In this document: positions 1-12,431 of the stretch, in pieces
How positions within the stretch are numbered: the stretch's first letter is position 1
Layout of the letters: every line of letters begins with the position of its first letter
DNA from: Octopus vulgaris
Taxonomy: Eukaryota
Reading direction: 5' to 3'
Assembly (NCBI GenBank): GCA_951406725.2
Contig: OX597815.1
Location: 155,186,001 to 155,250,000, forward strand
DNA length: 64,000 nucleotides
The notes under the pieces: generated by a model
What the model was told of the DNA's origin: nothing
The model's input: the letters and a program-made list of their open reading frames with translations, nothing else
Database searches by the model: none
Position numbers and translations under genes: made by a program

Positions 1-112
1 TAGTCTCTTTTTATTTTTAAATTTATAATTTCATTATATGTAAACCCCCACACTTTGTGTCTGTCTTTGTATTGTCCCCCTCATTCTGCGCCCTTGTGGC
101 AAATAAATGAAA

Positions 113-1855
113 TCATTATTATTACTATTATTATTATCACTATTGTTATTGTTTTACTTCTCAGAACGTTCGGTCTTGTTCGTACTGATATATTCTGTGA
201 GAGCGGGCAGCAGCCTGCCGCCAGAAGTCTCACAGTATCTCTTTCTTCACATTATATGCTTATCGTGGATATATGATTATCGTGGGAGACATTTAACATC
301 CAATTAACAATCTCAAAGGCCTAGCTGTCCCCAGCAGAGTAGATTTTGGGTTTACTCTGTTCTCATGTCAATTCCGATTTCTTTGACATATATCTCGAAC
401 TTGATTGTTAGTGCACTGATGCCCCTGCAACTACTGGAATGACAGACACACTCCTCATAGTCCACATTCTTGCAATTTCGTCTTTCAGTAGTCTGTACTT
501 TTCAAACTTTTCTAGTTCTTTGTTATTTATGCTTTCATTTCCAGGTATTGCAATATCTATGATCTTGGTTTCCTTTTTTCCTTTATCTACCACAACAATA
601 CCTGGTCTCCGAGCATCGATTAGGGAGTCACATTGGATTGTAAAATTCCACAGTATCTTATGTTCCCTGTTTCTGGTGACTCCTTCTGGTTCATGTATAT
701 AGCATTTCCGTGTTCTGTTCAGGCCACACTTTTCACATAACCTCCAGTGCACGAACCTAGCCACGTTGTCGTGCCTCCATTTGTAACGCTTTTGGACTAG
801 CTTCCTACACTCACAATATGTGAGATTGTTTCCTTTCTGTTTCCACACATCCTACATGGGGTGATTTGCTATTCTTGTCTATTTGGAATTTGTTGTAATT
901 AGTTCTCAGAACTCGTTCTTGGATTCTGCATATCAATGCTTCTGTGCATTCTTTCAGATTACTTTTTCTTAGCCATCTCCAAGTGTTGAACTTACCTTTT
1001 CCTTCGATGTCTCTGGGTTATTGACCTTGCAGTGGTTTGATTTTCCAATTGTTTACTGTTTCTTCTTTATCTTATTTCTTAAACTAGCTCTATGGCCCGG
1101 CGTTGCCGGGTCTAGTGCTAGTCAAGCATATTTGGTCTTTCATGAAAATCTCGCTCTCTTGTCATTCACTTGGTCTAACTCGTTAATTATTCCGTGCATT
1201 TCTCAAATCAAAAAAGTGTGCACGTTTGAAAGCCAAAACATCGTAAGATACAAAATACGCTGAGTCATACAAACTGTCTGCAAATGCGCACGCGCATTCA
1301 ACTGCTGGGATTATGAGGTCGGTTTATCGATTTTTTAATGGCTTTCTGTGGTTACTGGAGAAATAAAAAGATCTTCACGAAAGCCCATAGAAAATGCGAG
1401 CCTTTTACGTGAAAAACTGGTTTTGTATAAATGATACACAGACACACAAATACACAGACATTTTTGCCGTTTATAGATATAGAGATGTTTGTGGGTGCAT
1501 CGCATTTTCGGTAGGAATTATATTGTTAATTCTAACAGTGGCAAGCAAGGACTCACTCTATTGTTTGATGTACTATCCACGACTGTTCTCCTCGTTGACA
1601 ACACAGATCTTGCATCCTATGAGACCTCTTCCCCTTCAGTCTCTAGGCACATACAGCCTGTCAGTATCGCTTTTGCGGCGTACTTCTTTGTAAATTGTCA
1701 TCACTTCTCTAGTATTCCTGTCCGTTTTCTCAAGCTCGTTCTTTGTTCACCTAACAACACCTGTGCTGTATCACATTACGGAAGAAAACAGCCCATGTGT
1801 TCATTGCCTTATTTTGTTTTTTTTTCCATTGAGTCTACTACTTCCCATAATTAAC
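113..1855 (-). mobile_element. Degenerate R4/Dong-clade non-LTR retrotransposon (RT C-terminus, zinc knuckle, restriction-like endonuclease), 5'-truncated, interrupted by a Helitron
   Basis: Minus-strand translation gives RHDNVA..HWRLC, KILWNFTIQCD..ARRP.IVVVDK..IIDIAIPG..KELEK.EKY, terminal KSTLLGTAR and WRWLRKSNLKECTEALIC. Beyond the Helitron it reads KSDTDRLYVPR..GRGLIG. Degenerate (TAA)n tail at 113-152. Stops and frameshifts present. Confidence 0.85.
1084..1485 (-). mobile_element. Non-autonomous Helitron (~402 bp)
   Basis: On the minus strand it starts with TC and ends with CTAG. A GC-rich hairpin CCCGGC-aac-GCCGGG (1096-1110) lies 8 nt before the CTAG. Inserted between A1083 and T1486 with no TSD. 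LINE sequence resumes on both sides. Confidence 0.85.
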
Positions 1856-1867
1856 ATTATTATTATT

Positions 1868-2350
1868 CCAGACTGGGCGTTTGACTAGAATGTTATCAGG
1901 CACTCACAGCCCTCTATCAGTCGGGCAATGGGATCGGTAGATGTTTCGCTTTAGAAATTTATAGACGATTAGTGACGAGGAAGTGCGACGACGTTCTCAA
2001 TGAGACTCTGAGCGCCGACGAGAATGAACTGGCTAGTCTGTTCCGGAGGACTTTCAGATCGGAAACTATCGTGGATAATTTCCAGGTGTTCTTGACCTGG
2101 CAGTGCTAGTGGGGAGCGCTACCAGTTCAAGATAAACTCTACAGGCATGGATGGGCTATCAGACGGGCTTCCCCAAGGTGCGCGCAGAGTGACGAAACCG
2201 TCTTTCAGCTGAGTTTATAGTGATGATTGCAACGCCGTACTTCTTCAATCGGGCAAGCAAGGGAGTTTTCCTTTGCCTGGTGGCTGTGGCGAAAGGCGTT
2301 GTTTGGTGGACAAAGCTGAAAGGCATGAGGACATATACATTCATCTTTGG
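1868..2350 (+). mobile_element. Tx1/L1-clade LINE fragment (C-terminal zf-RVT region), degenerate
   Basis: Translates to WQC*WGALPVQDKLYRHG..PRCAQSDETV..FLCLVAVAKGVVWWTKLKG, homologous to the 11496-11954 ORF. Confidence 0.7.
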
Positions 2351-2359
2351 TAGAGGAAC

Positions 2360-3712
2360 ATTTCTACAGACAGTGTGTGGATTTACCAAAGAAATAAACA
2401 TGAAATTTTAATTAGAAAGATGTGCCAAATCACTCTTGGAAAGAGGAAATCTAGTTAAGAGTAATAATACCACACTAGATACAGCAAATAAAATAAGAGA
2501 ATTAGACCAAATCCAGACATACAAATACTTAGCAATCAATTAACAACACACACAAATGAAAGAGAAAGTAAGAAAAGAATACTATAGACGAGTTAGATTA
2601 ATACTTAACACAGAGCTCAATTCGAAAAACAAGATACTAGATATCAACACTAGCTGACTCAGTTATAAGTTACAGTTATATTCCTAATTGGACTATAAAT
2701 GAACTAACCAAACTAGACAGGAAAACAAAAAAACAATTATGACAGAATTTAGGATGCACCACTCAAAATCTGACATAGAAAGGTTATATCTATAATGAAT
2801 TGAAAGTGGTAGGGGTCTTATACAACTAGAAACTTATTATAAATAACCGCGATAGGATTATAGAAATATCTCATTCAGAAGCAACGGAAACTGGTACAAA
2901 TATCCACAAAACACGAGCAAAACAAACATCTGTCTTTAAGGAACCTGAAATATACAAGAAAGAAGTCAGAGTAGCTGACAACAACGAGGAAACAGAGGAA
3001 ACAACAAAAGTTGTAAAACAACTGAAATCAAAACTAAAACTTGAACAACAAAATACCATGATAAAACAATGGCAAGGAAAGTCCTTACATGGCAATTACT
3101 GGGATAAACTAAACAGGAAAAAATAGACAACGTAGAAATCCCAAAAATGGTTGAGAAGTCCAGGATTCAAAGTAGAGACTGCAATATTTTTAATTGCAGC
3201 ACAAGATCAAAGCTTAACCCACCAGAAAACACCAGAAACACATAATGAGGGAAAATGCAATAAGTAACTGCAGAATATGTGGTGATGGGGAAGAAACAAA
3301 ATAAATCACATTGTATCTGGTTACCCAGTCCTGGCTAAGAAGGAATATATTCACAGATATGACAGAGTTAGTACTTATATACATTGGAAGCTATACCATA
3401 ACAATGGAATGACAACAGAAAAAATTATATAGGCACAGCCAAGAAAAGGTCTCAGAAAATGAGAAAGCAACCATACTCTGGGATATGCCAATGCACACAC
3501 ATAGAGTATTCAAGACTAATAGACCGCATATAGTTGTCAGAGATAACCATAAAATGCTTTCTAATTGATGTATCAATACCAGCAGATGACAATGACTCTG
3601 TAAAAGAAAAAAGAGAAACTCTCGAAATAGAAAAATCTGGAAATAGAGATAACCTGAATGTGAAGCCTTAAAAATAGAAATAATTCCTATAATAATAGGT
3701 GTATTACTTATG
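2360..3712 (+). mobile_element. Second degenerate R4/Dong-clade LINE fragment
   Basis: Broken frames give TYKYL, EYYRRVRLILNTELNSKNK, MHHSKSDIERLYL..GRGLIQLE, WQGKSLHG, LIAAQDQSL, CRICG..HIVSG.PVLAKKEYIHRYDRV and ILWDMPMHT..NRP.IVVRD..LIDVSIPADDN. Confidence 0.85.
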
Positions 3713-3799
3713 AAGGTGGTTTGTCGATTGCATGGCCCCCAGTGCTTAATTGGTACTTACTTTAGCGACGATGAAATGTAAAGTCAATCCCGGTTGTAC

Positions 3800-3846
3800 A
3801 ATAATAATAATAATAATAACAACAACAACAACAGTAGTAGTAGTGA

Positions 3847-3914
<68 letters not shown>

Positions 3915-3923
3915 ATGGTGGTG

Positions 3924-3968
<45 letters not shown>

Positions 3969-3992
3969 ATGGTGGTGGTGGTGGTGGTGGTG

Positions 3993-4059
<67 letters not shown>

Positions 4060-4063
4060 CAGC
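3800..4063. repeat. Compound trinucleotide microsatellite (TAA)(CAA)(TAG/TGG)n
   Basis: Directly visible; source of the poly-V/L/S ORFs. Confidence 0.95.
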
Positions 4064-7000
4064 AAAAGCAGCAACTGCAAGAACAGCAAGGTAGGTTAGT
4101 GAGTAATTAACGAGTATTTAACTTCCTTGCAGCAGTGAGTAAAAAATTTAACTATATTAGAAACACTCGCAGAGCAATGTTGTTTATCCAATTCTTTCAT
4201 TTACCTCTTCAATGTGAAATCAATAGAAATTAATAACTTAATGACATTGAGTTTAATCTAAAACTTACATATTCTAAATATGCAGCTGAAGATTTTCAAG
4301 AAATGCAGAAAATACTGTATAGCACTCAGATCTACTTCAGTCCAGAAATCTATGGTTAATATTTGTTTAACAAACCATTCTACGTTTAAGGATCTCATGA
4401 AATGCATTCAATGGAATAAAGGAAATTGTTCGCCAGTTTTCTGAAGTCAGTAATTTGCTTTGATATGTTTAGTTAACAAACTTTACGGCGGTTCAAGGAG
4501 AACATCATTAGTGACCTTCTTCAACAGTCTGTTTCTAAAGAGGTGAACAAGTGAAATCATCTCAAACAGATGTTTCTATTTAAGAATTGTGTTTGTGCTT
4601 TTAATATTTCCTTATGAATATCTGATCCTTGGTTATAGATACATATAACTTGATATTTGTTCAAAATCATTTCTGAGGAATCAATTCACTGTACTTGTTC
4701 CTAGTTTATGTAGCTGAAGAATAATCAGCAGCATAGAATGGTAAAATGGTAATGGATCTTCTTCAGAGATTTTGAAGAAGCTGAATGTAGCAACCACATG
4801 CTTCTTATCTCCAAGAAAATTTTTGATATAAAGAGCAACTGCTTAAAGACCTTTCCTTTCGAAGAACATGATAAAGATAGCTGGTTATAGCTGGAGTATT
4901 TGTCAGACGATTCTTTGCTTGACTACTTCAACTGTACTCACTAAAATTTCTTAGTATCTAATCTTCAGTCAGCTTTTGATTATTCTGTTGGTGGGAAAGA
5001 GTTTTCTATCATCTTACTGAAATTATTACTGAACTACTATTGCAATACATAAGTGTGTTATTATGGGCTTCAAAGCAAATCTCAAAATGCAAAAGATTTT
5101 CCGGGCATCCAATTATACAAAATAGGTGAGGAGATCATGTACCACTTCAGAAAGTTTTAACTTTAATGGGAAATAAAGCACCGTGTGACTCTCTGTTAAA
5201 AATTTGGCTTTGTACAGATGTGATAACGTGAACTATCCCAATGGACAGAGGCTTGCAAAGTGATATCATTTATTTTTGCCTCTTAAGAGTGGAATATGGG
5301 GAAAAGAAACTGTGGGATGCCTGTCCAATGTATAAATGCGCATATACACACACTTACACATTCGCGCGCACGCACATATACACACACACACACACACTCA
5401 CACATACACTAATATGAAGTAATAACGTTGAAATAAATGTTTCAGGTTTAGATACAAAGCCCGTAGTTTTGAGGGGAGGTAGTAAGTCTATGCCACCGAT
5501 ATCACTATTTGAATGGTACTTTCTCTTATCGACTCCAGAAGAGTGGCCGTTAAGAAGAGTGGTAGTTTAATTCAGAACGTAGTGTGTGAGCATATACCGA
5601 AAGGCATCTTTCTCACACACAAACTATTTTTTTTTTGTTTTTGGCTAAGTGGCAACAAAGATTTTCACATAACTCTTCCCCATTCACTACTTTTTTTTTT
5701 TTCGATGAAGAATCCTCTGTGGATATTGACTTCTCATCTGTTCCTTACTTACAGCATAGTTTTATGGGATGATAGGTCAAATAGATAAGTGGGGCAGAAT
5801 GAGTAATATCTGATATTTTTACTATCTTTCAAGCTATTATACTGCAGGTATTGCATCATCGCTTTGCTCTTTTGCATCATCTTCGGGAATAAAACTTTTT
5901 CAGCATAGTTGTTGTTAGTGTTATTGTTGTTGAAATTGAAAGTATTTGAAACAAAGTCAGGTGATTGTTACCTTTTTTCAAGAAATTATTCTTCAACTTT
6001 AACCCGATTGTATTTGAAGTTGCTAATAATGTTCTTAATGTTCAATTTACAAGAAATTATGTGAATTTGGGGCAGTATGAGTAATGATTTACTTTAACAA
6101 TTTCTTCTCTTTAACTGCTTGTTGCATAAATATTATCGGGAAGCGAGCCCCTCCAGCAGATTGTTTAAAAAGCTATAGAAAATATTTTATGTCGAGTTTT
6201 TAGATTTAGTAAAATTCCATTAATTTCCTATCATGTACCATTCTTGTATGATCCTCCTTCATTTGACTTAGATATTTTAAATTTTTGTTGTATTTTTGAT
6301 CTTTCTGGTGTCTGAGGAGGGATATTGATGTGTATCAATCCCTTTTCAAATGTAATTCTGGAGAACTGGAAAGTTAAATTTACATTAATTTAATTTACTT
6401 ATTTTGTCCAAACTAAACTTTTCTGTTGTATGCTCAAAGAGAACGGAAAGATCTTTTTAGTAGAGTGTTCCGAATATGTTATAGTATTTTTAATGAATTT
6501 CGAGGTTATTTGCTTAGCTGGTATAGTTTTTGTAAGATAGTGAACATTTGTAAAACATATTTCTTCCTCTAAATAAAAAATGTATATAATATTACTCACC
6601 ACCACTTTCTACTTCTGTCCGATGTTTTTGGAACATTTTGTGTCATTTTGTAGATCACGAGGCTTTTTAGATATTCTAAAAATTAAAATAAATTCGTAAA
6701 TTATGGACATTCTGCTGAATTTTATAGAGTTTTCGCGGTTTTTTCTTTCTTAAAATGATAGACTTTGCCAGTTTTCACGGAATCTTAAATGTAATCATAT
6801 TTTCAACTTCTCCATCAACAATTTCTAGCACGTTTTATTACATCAGCAACCAAATGCTATGCATCACCATATAACCAGAATTTTCATCTAAATCTATGCG
6901 GTTTCTGCTGACACCAATCGTGTCATTGTTTGATTTCTTGTCGCTTATGTCAATGACTGCTAGAAGTTTTGTTCAGCTTCTTTTTCTCGCTGTTTTCTTC

Positions 7001-7121
7001 TGCTTAGTATTTCTTCGATATTTTGCTTTTAATAAAAGATAAATTTTGCGGGGGTTATTTTGGAATATGTACTCTCAGTTTGCCTTGGCGACATGTGTCA
7101 CTAATATTCAATGGAACTTTA

Positions 7122-7340
7122 AAGCGGTGAGCTGGCAGAATTGTTAGCACACTGAGCACAATGTTTAGCGGAATTTCTTCCGAATGTACGTTCTGAGTTC
7201 AAACGCCGCCGGGATTGACTCGGCCTTTCGTCCCTTTCGGGGTCGATAAAACAAGTAACAGTGAAGCACTGGGGTCGATGTAATCAACTTACCTGCTCCC
7301 TTGAACGTGCTGGCGTTGTGCCAGAATTTAAAGCTAATAT
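7122..7340 (+). mobile_element. tRNA-derived SINE with Nin/Deu-like core (family N)
   Basis: Head gcggtgagctggcagaa, B-box gagttcaaac, core gcctttcgtccctttcggggtcgataaaa. Many related copies in the window. Confidence 0.8.
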
Positions 7341-7358
7341 TCAATAGAATTCTTATTA

Positions 7359-8633
7359 TTGGGCTGTCCGAAAATTTCGTGCCGATTTTTAAAGGAAAGA
7401 AATAGGTCAATAAATATTTGCCATTGCATTTTTAATCAACCAAATATGAATCATTTTGTTGCTCAATGCGTCTCCATCTTTCCTTTAACTTGAAAATACC
7501 CTCTTCCCAGAATTGAGGTGGTTTCAAGGCAAAGAATTCATCAAGGTATCTTTACGTCACCCAAGGAATTGAAATTTTTACCATTAAAACTATTCTGCAG
7601 AGATCTGAATAAGTGGAAATCCGAAGGAGCAATATCTGGTGAATATAGCGGGTAGGGTAACACATCCCAGGCGAGCTGCAGCAATTTTTCTCTGATTCCC
7701 AAAGAAACGTGCGGTCTTGCATTATCATGTTGGAAAACAATACCCTTCCTGTTGGCAAATTCTGGACGTTTCTCTTGAATTGTTGCTTTTAACTCGTCCA
7801 GTTGTGTGCAGTATTTCTCAGAATTAATTGTCTTTTTACTTGAGAGAAGCTCATAGTACAGAATTCCTTTCCAATCCCATCAGACACAAAGCAAGACTTT
7901 TTTAGGGTGAAGACCCACTTTTGGGGTGGCTAAGGGTGACTCGTATCGCTTACTCCAGGATCGCTTTCTCTGAACATTTCGGTAGATAATCCATTTCTCA
8001 TCAATTTGCTTTAAAAAAGCACGTTTTCATTCCCTTTATAAAGCAAATCACAGATGGAAATGCGATCCAAAAGGTTCTTCTTACTCAACTCATGTGGTAC
8101 CCAAACATCGTAGTGATTAGTATACCCAGGCTTTACCAGGAGCTCATGAACGACGGATTTTGATAGGTTGAGGCTTTCTGCCAATTCTCAGGTTGTGCAA
8201 AGCGGGTTATTATCAAATTATGACTTGCTTTGGTCATCATCTCTAGTGGATGGTCTGCCTGATCGCTCTTTATCAATAAGGCTACAATCTCACGCGCGGA
8301 ACCTTGCGAACCACTTCCGTACAGTTCTTTTGGATAACAAAAAAACATCACCGTAAACTGCGCATATTTCTTTGGTTGCTTGTGAGGCATTTTTCCCTTT
8401 ACGGAAAAAGAACAGCATCAAGTGCCGAAAATGAACTTTCTTATTTTCCATTTTAAAGGGTTACAGAATAAACACAGGTAATAGGAACATAAACCTTCTT
8501 CCACGAAAAGATAGCTTAAACTGTGCTGTAAATGGAGATGTAGTCAAATCCTATTTTATGGACTCAACCATGTTCTAAAATAAGTCGAAAGGTAAGCTAC
8601 TATAAATCGGCACGAACTTTCCGGACAACCGGA
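7359..8633 (-). mobile_element. Near full-length mariner transposon, transposase pseudogene
   Basis: TIRs ttgggctgtccgaaaatttcgtgccgattt / aaatcggcacgaactttccggacaacc, TA at the left end, ~1.27 kb. Broken frames include VFQHDNARPH and YSPDIAPSDFHLFRSLQN. Confidence 0.9.
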
Positions 8634-9507
8634 TGTTCGTGTATTTCATAAGTATGAATACGTTTTCTGATGGAAGAAAATACTATGTAAGCCGAAAATG
8701 TATTTAGAGACCTCGCATCCAGAGAGAAAAGATGACCCCTTCGGTACTGAATTTTTTTTTTATATACAAATTATTCGAAATAATTTCAGAAGTCCAGCAT
8801 TGTGGGTGTTAACATGCCACAGAATTGCGACTTTTTAGAATTCCAAACCTAAAAACGAATACGGATGCCTTGAAAGACTATGGAGTTACTATGTAAAGCA
8901 TTTCAAGCATCTATACCAAGATATGTGGGAAAGATTAATAATCTGTTAATCCTCAGTGTACCAAATAGGATTTTGAATCCATTTGAAGTGCTATCTACCC
9001 AACTTGAAGCAGAAATCATAAAGAATTCGATTGATCTTCGGTGATATAAACTGAAGGCTGTCAGTTGAAGCAGTTTCTATAAAAGTCTGGATCAAAAGCG
9101 ATCAGCTAAATACATTTCCAGCATTGTAAAATAGCTCATATACACTATGTATATAACATGCGCTAAAATTTATTTAGTAAAATATTTTTATACCAAAACT
9201 TTTCAGTAAAATGCGATTCAGTTTTTCACTTTGTGTAAACATTCACGTATATTTTTGCCGTAAAATTTTATTTGAAAAACATTTATTTTTTTTATATGAA
9301 AGCATAATGTTGTATTTTTATTTTTACATATACAGATATATAAGAGAAATAGTTACTTCCAATGTTAAAAATTGAAATTTGTTTTACTCAAAAAAACTAG
9401 AGGTACAAATTTAACGCATTTTCAACCCCTTCTTATTTTCTTATATATATGTGTGTGCGAGTGTGTTTGCGTGTGTGTGGATGCATATATACATTTACGT
9501 ACTAATA

Positions 9508-9544
9508 TGTATATATATATATATACACATGCACATACATCCAG

Positions 9545-9577
<33 letters not shown>

Positions 9578-9955
9578 TATATATACACTCACACACATAA
9601 TTACATACCTTCTTCTCCCCACCATGATAGATCGGTAGCCACTACACACATTTTTTCTCTCCTTGTTTCTGTCTGTGTTCATTCCTGTGGAAGAGCGTAG
9701 GCTCGAAACATAAAAGACTTTTTCAATTCCCGAGCGTTATACTAATACATCTGTTTGTTTTCGAAGAAATGTGGTGTAGAAAACAAACAGATGTATTAGT
9801 ATAACGCTCGGGAATTGAAAAAGTCTTTTATGTTTCGAGCCTTCGCTCTTCCACAGGAATGAACACAGACAGAAACAAGGAGAGAAAAAATGTGTGTAGT
9901 GGCTACCGATCTATCATGGTGGGGAGAAAAAGGTATGTAATTATGTGTGTGAGTG

Positions 9956-10019
<64 letters not shown>

Positions 10020-10029
10020 TATGTGCATG

Positions 10030-10055
<26 letters not shown>
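9508..10055. repeat. Long near-perfect inverted repeat (arms ~9508-9762 and 9779-10055), probably derived from a Penelope-like terminal repeat
   Basis: The arms are reverse complements, also shown by near-identical ORFs 9422-9682(-) and 9859-10056(+). Spacer 16 nt. Each arm has CTGTGGA-A-GAGC..GCTC-GAAAC. Confidence 0.9.
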
Positions 10056-10062
<7 letters not shown>

Positions 10063-10077
10063 TAATATATAAGTGAA

Positions 10078-10371
10078 GGCCCAGTGGTTAGGGCAGCGGA
10101 CTCGCAGTCGTAGGGTCGCGATTCCGATTCCCAGACCGAGCGTTGTGAGTGTTTATTGAGCGAAAACACCTAAAGATCCATGAGGCTCCAGCAGGGGGAG
10201 GGGTGATCCCTGCTGTACTCTTTTACCACAACTTTCTCTCACTCTTTCTTCTGTTGGCCAGCTCGCTCAGTCAGCGGGGTGGCGTCATTGAAGGCTAAAA
10301 CAATACGAAGCGCATTGTGACCAGCGACGTGTAACAACATCTTATGGCCTGGTTGGTCACGTTATTACGTG
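10078..10371 (+). mobile_element. tRNA(Arg)-like-headed SINE (family R)
   Basis: A-box ggcccagtggttagggc, anticodon arm with CTCGCA, B-box-like attccgattcc, then a non-tRNA body. Head shared with the 53660-53848 copy. Confidence 0.75.
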
Positions 10372-10902
10372 ATATATATATATATATATATATCATATCA
10401 TATTTCATTATTTATTATTCATTATTTAATTGAACTCGATGCATCCATTTCCAAGTATATGAGTGTGTATGTGTGCGCGCGCGCGCGTGTGTGTTTATGC
10501 ATGTATATATTGTATTTCCTACAAAAAGATCTGTTCGAAAGTGGATTCATTAAGGTATTTTGATTGACAACATTCATGAACTGAAATGACAATGTAACAA
10601 GTACTAACTTCCGATAGGAAGTTGTCGATTTGGAACTTGATATCATGAAACTTACAAATAGGCACCAATATTAATTATATCGTGTTAAGCTCATAGATAT
10701 TAATGATACAGATTTTTTTTATGTTTTCTTACTATGCTGCAATATAAGAGTTTTCTTGGTACTCGATAATATGGTTTCTCTGTCAAACTTCAAGTACCAC
10801 CCTACCTCTTTAAAAGTGTTCACATCAGATGATATGATGAACAGTAGTACTCTTTTACTCTTTTACTTGTTTACATATAGCCACAGCCGAACCAATTCTA
10901 CT

Positions 10903-12046
10903 ATACTCTTTTACTTGTTTCAGTCATTTGACTGCGGCCATGCCGGAGCACCGCCTTTTTTAGTCGAGCAAATCGACTCCAGGACTTATTCTTTGTAAGC
11001 CTAGTACTTATTCTATCGGTCTCTTTTGCCGAACCGCTAAGTAACGGGGACGTAAACACACCAGCATCGGTTGTCAAGCGATGTTTGTGGGGGGACAAAC
11101 ACAAACACACAAACATATAAACACATACATATATATACATATATACGACGGACTCAGTTTTCGCCTACCAAATCCACTCACAAGGCTTTTGACGGCCCGA
11201 GACTATAGTAGAAGACACTTGCCCAAGGCGCCACACAATGGGACTGAACCCAGAGCCATGTGGTTCGTAAGCAAACTACTTTATTTCATAATATTTGCCA
11301 TAAGGCAATACATAGAGGGGATGGACAAGGACAGACAAACATAAAAAGGTGAAGTAGTTTTAAACGATTAAAAATTAAACATTATTATCATACTGATGAG
11401 ATTAAAAATGAATACATATCTAAAAGCAATGTTTAACACGAGGGAAAGGCATCCTACACCAGAGTAGGACCTTTGATTTCTTTCCGTGGCTCCGCTCACT
11501 TGGTGCCAGTTACTCCCAGCTTTCTCTCCACAAGCTTCCATCTTTTTCTAAACTTTTCACGTGACAGGCACCTCTTCTTCAACCTGATCTTACTGCTGAG
11601 GTGGTAACTAAAAAATTTGACCAACCCCTGGCCAGATACGAAGTTATCCGTTACAATCCTTTTCAACCGCGTCTTCCATACTGTTTCTTTCAATATGGCC
11701 ACCACACAGAAAAAACAGGCCTTCCTCTCCCCGCTAAGGGAGGAAGGCGGCACAATCTCAATGATGGACTCAGCTGATAGCTGTACTCTTCCTATCGATG
11801 ACAACAGTTGTTCTGTAAAAACTATAAGTCCCGATATTTCCAGACATTCCACGAATGCGTGCAAGACGGTTTCCCTATCCTGCTCGCACCTTGGACATGA
11901 CGGTGTAACAGCACTTCCGTGTCTTAACAGTATATCACGAACAGGTAACGCCACACGGAAGCACTGTCAAGCCAGGGATTTCTGGTAATTATTCAGGTAC
12001 CCCGACCCCGTAAGCAAAGTACTTACCACACAGCCACTCCTACGCC
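10903..12046 (-). mobile_element. Abundant tRNA-derived SINE (family A) split by a LINE insertion
   Basis: Matches the intact 28263-28684 copy over 10903-11281 and 12009-12046; (AAAAGAGT)n tail. Confidence 0.9.
11282..12008 (-). mobile_element. 5'-truncated Tx1/L1-clade LINE with 16-bp target site duplication
   Basis: ORF 11496-11954 reads ALPVRDILLRHG..CPRC..ETVLHAFVEC (zf-RVT-like). Flanked by cgtaagcaaactactt (11266-11281) and cgtaagcaaagtactt (12009-12024). Confidence 0.85.
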
Positions 12047-12431
12047 TATCTGGAAAAAAAGATGGGAAAGTCACAGTTAGATTCCCTTTTGATCTTGTGT
12101 CTGCTTGATCAGATTTGGCTTTCGACTAAACAGCAACAGAGACAAAGAGAACAGTGACAAGTGAATAACCATTAGCTAATCTGTCCTTAGCAACTTTTAA
12201 AGAGACAAGTTGGACACGCGTATAAAGTCATTATATTTCTACAGCGCTAACAGCAACGTTAGGGAAGGAAGGAAGGAAGGAAGGAAGGAAGGAAGGAAGG
12301 ACATATTAAATAATCTGTTCCTATATGTTGTTAAAACGATGTGATGATCATTGCTGGAATTTGAGCCAGTCTTCCTCAATCACAGTTGATCAAGATCTAA
12401 CTAGCAGCAGTAACAAAGAATGTAATGGCAA

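Noticed and set aside
3750-4099. Poly-V/L/S ORFs, and the many YI-, HT-, LSIY- and KERK-repeat ORFs across the window
   Set aside because: They are translations of microsatellites, open in several frames and on both strands, with no domain content.
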